Assembly: GCA_046498225.1 (NCBI GenBank) | Contig: JAWOBF010000100.1 | Span: forward strand, 1 to 22,036 | Length of the DNA: 22,036 nucleotides | DNA from: Candidatus Aegiribacteria sp. | GTDB lineage: Bacteria > Fermentibacterota > Fermentibacteria > Fermentibacterales > JCC-6 | Reading direction: 5' to 3' | Shown here: in pieces, positions 15,398 through 22,036 of the stretch | Position numbering within the stretch: the stretch's first letter is position 1 | How the letters are laid out: every line of letters starts with the position of its first letter | Position numbers and translations under genes: made by a program | The notes under the pieces: model-generated | Databases searched by the model: none | Told to the model about the DNA's origin: nothing | Seen by the model: only the letters and a program-made list of their open reading frames with translations

Positions 15398-16678
15398 ATG
15401 GCTCATCGAACAGTAAGAAATGGTTATTCGGAACTTTCGGAAAGATTGAACCGGTTTCCGCAGGGAGCCCCGCCTTCCAAAGTGTTGTTCCAGATCCTGA
15501 AAATGCTTTTCAGCGAAAAGGAGGCCGGTCTGGTTTCCCTGCTGCCGATCAAGCCATTTACGGCGGAAAAAGCAAGTTCTGTATGGAAACTGGACCTGGT
15601 ATCAACCCGGAAAATCCTGGATGAACTGTCCTCAAGGGCCATTCTTGTAGATGTGGAGCAGGATGGAGAAATGGTTTACGCACTCCCGCCTCCGATGGCG
15701 GGATTTTTTGAATTCTCGATGATGCGGCTCCGGACCGACATTGACCAGAAGGTTCTGGCAGAACTTTTCTATGAATACATGAATGTCGAGGAGGATTTCA
15801 TCAAGGAATTGTTCACAAACGGGGAAACCCAGCTCGGAAGGACCTTTGTGAACGAATCGGTACTTTCGAATGAAAATGCCCTTCACGTGCTGGATTATGA
15901 GAGGGCGACCGAAGTTATCAGAACGGCGAGCCATATCGGTGTGGGAATTTGCTATTGCAGACATAAAATGGAACACCTGGGCAGGGATTGCGACGCTCCG
16001 AAAGACATATGCATGACATTCAACGGGACGGCGGACTCTCTGACCAGGCACGGTTATGCCAGGAAAATAGACACTTCAGAATGCCTCGATCTTCTGGATG
16101 TCGCCTACGAGAACAATCTGGTTCAATTCGGTGAAAATGTAAGGGAAAGAGTTAATTTTATATGCAATTGCTGCGGCTGCTGTTGCGAAGCCATGATCGC
16201 TGCGAGGCGGTTTGCCATACTGGACCCCGTTCATACGACCAATTTCCTTCCGGTTGTTTCAGAGGAAACCTGCACGGGTTGCGGGAAATGTGTGAATGTA
16301 TGCCCGGTTGAGGCCATGACCCTGGTCTCCTCCAATAATCCGGGGAACCCGGAAGAGAAAAAGGCGAGGCTGAACGAAAGCCTCTGCCTGGGATGCGGCA
16401 TATGTGTCCGCGCATGCCCTTGTGGAAGTATCGGGCTGGAATCAAGGCCGGAAAGGGTCCTTACCCCGATGAATGGAACTCACCGGGCGGTGGTGATGGC
16501 GATCGAAAGGGGAAAACTACAGAACCTGATCTTTGATAACCGGGTATTGTGGAGTCACCGCGCGATGGCTGCGATGCTGGGAGCGATACTGAAACTTCCT
16601 CCTCTCAAACAGATCGTCGCCACCCGGCAGGTAAAGTCACGGTATCTGGAAGCTCTTATAAGCAAAATGAAATACTGA
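15398..16678 (+). CDS. 4Fe-4S dicluster domain-containing (Fe-S)-binding protein
   Basis: CYCRH, ICNCCGCCC, CTGCGKCVNVCP and CLGCGICVRACP; relatively AT-rich. Confidence 0.92.
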   Translation: MAHRTVRNGYSELSERLNRFPQGAPPSKVLFQILKMLFSEKEAGLVSLLPIKPFTAEKASSVWKLDLVSTRKILDELSSRAILVDVEQDGEMVYALPPPMAGFFEFSMMRLRTDIDQKVLAELFYEYMNVEEDFIKELFTNGETQLGRTFVNESVLSNENALHVLDYERATEVIRTASHIGVGICYCRHKMEHLGRDCDAPKDICMTFNGTADSLTRHGYARKIDTSECLDLLDVAYENNLVQFGENVRERVNFICNCCGCCCEAMIAARRFAILDPVHTTNFLPVVSEETCTGCGKCVNVCPVEAMTLVSSNNPGNPEEKKARLNESLCLGCGICVRACPCGSIGLESRPERVLTPMNGTHRAVVMAIERGKLQNLIFDNRVLWSHRAMAAMLGAILKLPPLKQIVATRQVKSRYLEALISKMKY

Positions 16679-16835
16679 TCCCTGAACTCAAAAGTTCAAT
16701 CGGACCTCCGATACTATGTGCGCTCTGATTCGGACTTGACCCGCCCGAGGTCACAGTGCCGGCGGTTGCTTATATTCTCCGCATAGATCGTGCGCCTGAA
16801 GTTCTGTCAGTGTTTGAGATAGAAGGAGAACCAAA

Positions 16836-17639
16836 GTGTCCCAATCCCACATCAAAGTGGAACTGGAGAAGGAGATACTCGAATATCTCTCGGGCAAGGC
16901 CCGCAGGGCCGCCGAGCTGGTCTTCGACGACAGCGAGGTGGACTCCCTGCAGGAGTACTCCAACCTGGTCACGGTCAAGCGGCTGGGAATGAACGACCAC
17001 GGCCCGGTGCACATGAGGATATGCGCGCTCAATTCACTGAAGATGCTCAGCCTTCTGGAATCCGCCGGGGTCAGGACCAGCCTGAATTTCGAATCCGGCC
17101 TTCATTCCGATGACAGCAGGATGGCTGTTTTCCTGGGCGCCATACTTCACGACATTGGTATGGCCGTGGGCCGGGACGGCCACGAGGAGCACTCCATGCT
17201 CCTGGCAAAACCTCTGATATACAGGGTGCTCGATAGTGTCGAACTGGATTCTCTTCGCAGGAAGACCGCAATAGCCTCCACCGCCCTGGAGGGAATCGCC
17301 GGGCACATGGCAACCAGGAAGATCAGCTCCATAGAGGCCGGGCTGGTGCTGGTCGGGGACGGCTGCGACATGGAGCACGGCCGGGCCAGGGCTCCGGCAA
17401 GGCTTTCACTGGAACCTCAGATCGGCGACATTCACCAGTACTCCTCGGCGGCCGTGGAGAGGGTGGACATCTCCTCCGGCAGCGCAAGGCCCATACGGAT
17501 AAGCATAACCCTCAGGGAGAACGCCGGTTTCTTCCAGGTGGAGAACGTTCTGTACCCCAAGATAAACGTCAGCCCGGTGAAGCCCTACATAGAGCTTCTG
17601 GCGGGACTGCAGGGGAAAGAACCCCTGCAGTACCTGTAG
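16836..17639 (+). CDS. HD-domain metal-dependent phosphohydrolase
   Basis: RBS AAGGAG with GTG start; RLGMNDHGPVH, ILHDIGM, GDGCDMEHGRAR, IHQYS and AGFFQVE. Confidence 0.9.
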   Translation: MSQSHIKVELEKEILEYLSGKARRAAELVFDDSEVDSLQEYSNLVTVKRLGMNDHGPVHMRICALNSLKMLSLLESAGVRTSLNFESGLHSDDSRMAVFLGAILHDIGMAVGRDGHEEHSMLLAKPLIYRVLDSVELDSLRRKTAIASTALEGIAGHMATRKISSIEAGLVLVGDGCDMEHGRARAPARLSLEPQIGDIHQYSSAAVERVDISSGSARPIRISITLRENAGFFQVENVLYPKINVSPVKPYIELLAGLQGKEPLQYL

Positions 17640-17656
17640 ATTTTTTCCGGCGTTTC

Positions 17657-19255
17657 TCAGTCGTAGAGCGAGAAGACCTCCTGGTCGCTTAGTCTCTCCA
17701 GCCTCTCGACCGTCACGGTTATGATTCCCTCCTGACCTTCATCGTAGTTGTTCACACGCAGAACCGCGTAACCCAGCTGGTCCGCGTTCGGCACGAATTC
17801 CAGGTAGGAGTTGAAGCCCTCGCCCCCGTCATCATCCACCAGCTGCGAGCTGTCCGCGAAGGTAAGAGTTATGACCGGGTCCAGGTATTCGCTTTCAGCG
17901 CTCACCCCGTAGACGTACCCGCCCACTATCTCCAGGTCGAACAGGCCGAACCTCTGACGGGGGGATATCTCCAGGTCGTAGGACGCATCAGGCTCCAGGG
18001 AGACGGGCTCAGGGTCGAACTTCTCAAGCAGCTCCACCGAGAAGGTCACCTCTCCGGTGGCTGTCTCCAGATAATCGGATATCAGGGCCAGGTGTTCTCC
18101 CGGAGCCAGCGTCATGGTGAGGGCGGGGTCGGTCCCCTCCCAGTCGTCGCTGTATTCGAGGAAAACCGGTCCGTCTGTCTCGGTGAGTGAAACGAGGGTC
18201 ATGGTGGCGTCGAAATCCGCTGACGCGCTTACGTGATAATCCCCCTCCTCCTCTACGGTAAAGGAGAAGGCAACCACGGGCGTGCCGCTGTTTATGGAGG
18301 AGTAATGCCAGTCCTCGTCAATTGTCTCCCAGTGCGAGGCTGCGATCTGGTTGCCCGAGAGGAAGCCTGTGGCCGTGCCGGGAACCGGAACCGGAACGGC
18401 GCTGCCCTCCTCGAACTCCAGCCGGTCTACCGAAAGGGTGAACTCGCCGCCTTCGCCGAAATAGCTCATGACCATGGCACCATACCTGCCCTCTTCCAGC
18501 TCTCTCAGTATCCTGGAATCGGTCAGGCCGCCGGTGTCATCGTTTATCTCCACCACCCTGGCCCCCCTTCGTCCGAAGGACACCAGCACGAGGTAGGCGT
18601 CGAAATCCTCCGACTGGAGGTTGATACCGTACCAGTCGTCCTCCGGGACGCTGAAGGGAACCAGCAGGGCGTTCCCGAAACGCTCCGCGTATATCTCGGA
18701 GGAGTTCAGGTCGTATATGTAATCCTCCATCATCTCGCTGTCCTTGTCGTCGGAGAGTGTCGCCTGCATCACGCCCAGTTCCAGCGTGGCGGCACCTCTC
18801 CATTCCTCCAGGTCCGATGGAGCGGCTTCGGCTGCGCTTACCGTGACGGCCCCCGGCTCTCCGTCCACTCCCCAGACGATGACCCTGGACCCTGAAGGAA
18901 CGTCCTCCAGGACCATCCTGCTGGCGGCGGAGCCGCTCCAGTCATCGCAGGCGGCAAGGACACTGCCGTCCTCCGCTATTACCGCCGCGACCGGGTCGAA
19001 GCCGCCGGTTCCCACGGCCTCTATCACCGTGAGCCCGGAAGCCTTCAGCTTCAGCTCCTCGGACAAGAACCTCCCGTCCACTGGAAGGCCGGCCTCGGGC
19101 AGCACCATTTCCGCGTCAGCGACCAGTTCCCCAAGCTGCGGACTGGAGTCGGTTATCTCTACCTCGGCGCTGTCGCCGTGGTCCAGGCCGGAACCGCCAA
19201 TGCATCCGGAAAGAAGCATCAGAACGGCTGAGGCTGCAAGGAGTACTTTATTCAT
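17657..19255 (-). CDS. Acidic lipoprotein with four PPC-like (pre-peptidase C-terminal) beta-sandwich repeats
   Basis: Lipobox LSGC; repeated D(P/A)xxxL...DD motifs (FDPVAAV..CDDWSG, FDAYLVL..NDDTGG, FDATMTL..SDDWEG, LDPVITL..DDDGGEG); RBS GAGGGGG. Confidence 0.8.
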   Translation of the reverse strand: MNKVLLAASAVLMLLSGCIGGSGLDHGDSAEVEITDSSPQLGELVADAEMVLPEAGLPVDGRFLSEELKLKASGLTVIEAVGTGGFDPVAAVIAEDGSVLAACDDWSGSAASRMVLEDVPSGSRVIVWGVDGEPGAVTVSAAEAAPSDLEEWRGAATLELGVMQATLSDDKDSEMMEDYIYDLNSSEIYAERFGNALLVPFSVPEDDWYGINLQSEDFDAYLVLVSFGRRGARVVEINDDTGGLTDSRILRELEEGRYGAMVMSYFGEGGEFTLSVDRLEFEEGSAVPVPVPGTATGFLSGNQIAASHWETIDEDWHYSSINSGTPVVAFSFTVEEEGDYHVSASADFDATMTLVSLTETDGPVFLEYSDDWEGTDPALTMTLAPGEHLALISDYLETATGEVTFSVELLEKFDPEPVSLEPDASYDLEISPRQRFGLFDLEIVGGYVYGVSAESEYLDPVITLTFADSSQLVDDDGGEGFNSYLEFVPNADQLGYAVLRVNNYDEGQEGIITVTVERLERLSDQEVFSLYD

Positions 19256-19519
19256 CTCAGTTATCCCCCTCTTCGAGTATTAAGCCGGAAAATCTGCTTC
19301 CGGCGAGTTCATTCCACCGGGCCGATCGAAAGCGAATGATGATAATCCTGAATGCCATATCCTGTCAATCAAGTTTCAGGTTTTCCCGGTCCGGTTGACC
19401 CGGACCCGGCGGAGAGCTATCAGATACGTGTTCGTCAATTAAAACCCCGGGGCACTCGAACCCGGCTGAAAAGACTCAACAGCGCCGCGGACGGCGCGGT
19501 CGGACAAGGGGGAACGGAT

Positions 19520-20323
19520 ATGTTATCAGCGGCAGCGGTCATTCTCGGCTGCGCGGTCTGCGCGGTTGGCTCGAATACGGGCGGGGGGGAAGCGCCCCCG
19601 GGAACGATTTACGCCGGGGACAGCACGGTAACTGCGGAGGAGATGCTGCAGGCTCTGGCGGAAGCCGACGTGGTCTTCGTGGGAGAGAAGCACGACGACC
19701 CCCTGGCCCACCGGTGGGAGCTGTTCATATGGAGCTCCCTGGCTTCTTCTGAGAGAGCGCTGGCGCTGGAGATGTTCGAGACAGACGTTCAGGGGCTGCT
19801 GGACTGCTACCTGGCCGGTGAGGTTTCAGGGGAGGAATTCATGGAGGGCAGCCGCCCCTGGGGGAATTACCCCGAGGCGTACGCCCCCATGGTGGACCTT
19901 GCCGCCGAACACGGCTACCGGGTAATCGCCGCCAACGTACCGAGGAGCTTTGCTTCCCGGGTGGCCAGGGGCGGATGGGAAGCCCTGGAGGGTGAGGAAT
20001 TCTTCGAGGACCTCACGGTCGATTCCTCCAGCGCCGGCTACAGGGAGAGGTTCCTTGCCACCATGGAGGACCTGGGAGGCCAGATGCATTCCATGCCCAT
20101 GTCCCCCATGAACATGTACCGGGCACAGCTTCTGAAGGACGCCGTGATGGCCGCCTCCGTCGACGGTGTCAGATGTGTGTTCGTCTGCGGCAGCTTTCAC
20201 AGCGACTACCGGGCAGGTATTCCAGACCAGCTTCCCCCCGGAACCTCCTTCATGACGGTGAAGATACTGGGGGATGAAGAAACGATGGACCCGGAACTGG
20301 CGGATTTCGTGGTGGTCCGCTGA
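19520..20323 (+). CDS. ChaN/PhuW-family protein (putative haem/iron-related, EreA/ChaN fold)
   Basis: ADVVFVGEKHDDP, LALEMFE, WGNY...YAPMV, VIAANVPR, AQLLKDAVMA and GSFHSD. Start moved to ATG 19520 after AGGGGG. Confidence 0.85.
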   Translation: MLSAAAVILGCAVCAVGSNTGGGEAPPGTIYAGDSTVTAEEMLQALAEADVVFVGEKHDDPLAHRWELFIWSSLASSERALALEMFETDVQGLLDCYLAGEVSGEEFMEGSRPWGNYPEAYAPMVDLAAEHGYRVIAANVPRSFASRVARGGWEALEGEEFFEDLTVDSSSAGYRERFLATMEDLGGQMHSMPMSPMNMYRAQLLKDAVMAASVDGVRCVFVCGSFHSDYRAGIPDQLPPGTSFMTVKILGDEETMDPELADFVVVR

Positions 20324-20382
20324 GGTCTGCCGGGCAGGGATAACTGCTCCGGAACCGCAAGCTGACCTCTTCGGGGCATCTT

Positions 20383-21144
20383 TCAGAAAACGAAGACGTT
20401 GAACAGCCTGAGGCCGGGAATTGTCTGGTACTGGCCGGAGTCCAGCATGACCAGGCTGTCGAAGACCGTGTCCACCCCGAACAGGGCGTAGTCCCCGTTC
20501 TCGAGGGCCACGAAATACCGCCTTCCCTCCACGGCCGTAACGGTGAGCTTCCACGCCGGGTCCCCGGGACCGTAGGCGACCGTGTTGCCGGCCTCAGCGA
20601 TGAGGCTTTCGGTTCCGCCGGGATAGCTGTCCGGGTCGCTGCCGCCGCTGCGGAACACGATTTCATCGCCCTGCCAGCTTATGTAGAGGTCCTGGGCGAA
20701 GGAGGGGTCCGTGGCGTCGCCTATGACCGCCTGTGTGGGGAGGAAACGAATCCCGCAGTCGCCCCAGACGCTGAGAGTGTCTTCAATGATGAACATCTCG
20801 GCCCTGTCGTCGGCCTTGTTGGACTGCGACTCGGAGGAATCAATACCCTTTATGGCATCAACGCAGTAAAAGCCCGTGCTGGTGGCGATATGCTCGGTGG
20901 TGGTACTCTCCACCTGAGCGATGATATCCCAATTGCCGGGGTCGGTGGTGGCGAACCACACCCTGTATCCGTCCACTTCCACCTCCACCGGGTCCCAAGC
21001 CACGGTCACGGTGTCGCCCACGGTCTGCCCGGTGACTATCCTGCAGTTCTGCACCACGGGAAGCGTGCCGCCGGGCGCGCTGGGACTGTTCGAACAACCG
21101 TATGTCAGCACTGCCAGGGCCGCGGTTGCGAGAATTATCCTCAT
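20383..21144 (-). CDS. Hypothetical lipoprotein with FN3-like N-terminal domain
   Basis: RBS GGGAGA; MRIILATAALAVLTYGC lipobox; VTVAWDPV..DGYRVW...YCVDA...SES..SN. Confidence 0.78.
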   Translation of the reverse strand: MRIILATAALAVLTYGCSNSPSAPGGTLPVVQNCRIVTGQTVGDTVTVAWDPVEVEVDGYRVWFATTDPGNWDIIAQVESTTTEHIATSTGFYCVDAIKGIDSSESQSNKADDRAEMFIIEDTLSVWGDCGIRFLPTQAVIGDATDPSFAQDLYISWQGDEIVFRSGGSDPDSYPGGTESLIAEAGNTVAYGPGDPAWKLTVTAVEGRRYFVALENGDYALFGVDTVFDSLVMLDSGQYQTIPGLRLFNVFVF

Positions 21145-21629
21145 TCTGTCTCTCCCTTGCTGGTAATGATGGGCGGTCCGTCCGGTCATGTATACAACAT
21201 TTATTCCGGAGAAGTTTCCCCGGTTCCAGGGTTTTAGGAAGTGGAACCTGCCGGCGGGACATTTTTGCGTTACATAACAGTTTATTTCTGCGGTACCGGC
21301 GCTCTACTTCATTCAGGACGACGATCGCAATTTGTCCCTGGTCTGATCGCCCCAGAAATATTTAAGACTGGCATTTCTCGCTTGCGTCTGAAACATTGAT
21401 CATTATACTCGATAAATAATGCAAGCCATTGTTTCTCATGAGGGGTCAGTTCAGGTACAGATACCATCAGAGCCTTCCATATCTGCAGGTTATTCTTCTA
21501 AGTACATTGAAAATTACGATTTATCTGAGTTGGGGGGGTATTCCGTCAATGCCCCCGCATAAGCCCTCCGCCAGTATTCGCTATAGACTGGTGAAAAAGT
21601 CGTACCAATGATTTGAAAATGGGGAAATA

Positions 21630-22036
21630 ATGAAAACACTACTTACGATCCTTGCCTTCTGTTTTTCAGTGCAGATCAATGCCGGAGTCCTGGACGATCT
21701 TCTTGCTTCCGCCTCAGAAAGAATCCAGCAGCAGGAGATCGACAATTCCAATGTTGAAGTAATCGAACTACTGCGAATCGAATCACCTGAAGAGCTTGAA
21801 GCTGAACTCACCGATGGCTATCCCATGCCGTGGCTCGAGGAGATCCTCAATGACGAGAGCATTCCCGAGGAGGACAGATACTGGCTGGACTGCAGGATCA
21901 GGGCACACATAGCAAGACACCTTCACAGGTTCTACGACAGGAACGGTAATCCGGTAGAGATAGAAGCCGAATGGATTTCACCCGGTGAGCACTACTGGCA
22001 GGAACACATGATGGTGAATCCGGTTGGTGAGGATTA
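21630..22036 (+). CDS. Secreted hypothetical protein, 5' part; runs off window end
   Basis: Not in the ORF track. Open frame MKTLLTILAFCFSVQINAGVLDDLL...GYPMPWLEEILNDESIPEEDRYWLDCRIRA..., with a signal peptide and a GGGG RBS. Confidence 0.8.
   Translation, partial: MKTLLTILAFCFSVQINAGVLDDLLASASERIQQQEIDNSNVEVIELLRIESPEELEAELTDGYPMPWLEEILNDESIPEEDRYWLDCRIRAHIARHLHRFYDRNGNPVEIEAEWISPGEHYWQEHMMVNPVGED

Noticed and set aside
16683..16698. Dyad TGAACT-N4-AGTTCA after the Fe-S gene
   Set aside because: Short, AT-rich and without a U-tract; not enough to call a terminator or operator.

Overview
This looks like bacterial chromosomal DNA, probably from Candidatus Fermentibacterota/Aegiribacteria. 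That is an inference from a T9SS-like C-terminal domain, a C-terminal TWGxIKxxF motif and the style of the secreted proteins. The left flank holds a partial P-type ATPase (-), an M1 aminopeptidase, a secreted protein and bioY with a BirA-type operator. The right flank holds an HD hydrolase, a PPC-repeat lipoprotein, a ChaN-family protein, an FN3-like lipoprotein and a partial secreted protein. The middle (~5.05-16.7 kb) is the unusual part: a run of unrelated, co-oriented genes (marC, amidohydrolase, GT-C glycosyltransferase, ArsR+ABC, membrane protein, beta-propeller lipoprotein, truncated lipoprotein, Fe-S protein). Their spacers are mosaics of three dispersed repeat families, ~100-bp slivers of IS200, IS110 and IS91 transposases, and truncated gene ends. 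Family A has 4 diverged copies with covarying stems and a residual coding signal, B has 2 copies of ~120 bp, and C has 2 near-identical 70-bp hairpins. No intact recombinase, attC site or CRISPR array is visible, so a gene-capture/cassette system is a hypothesis only. All alignments and foldings were done by eye.
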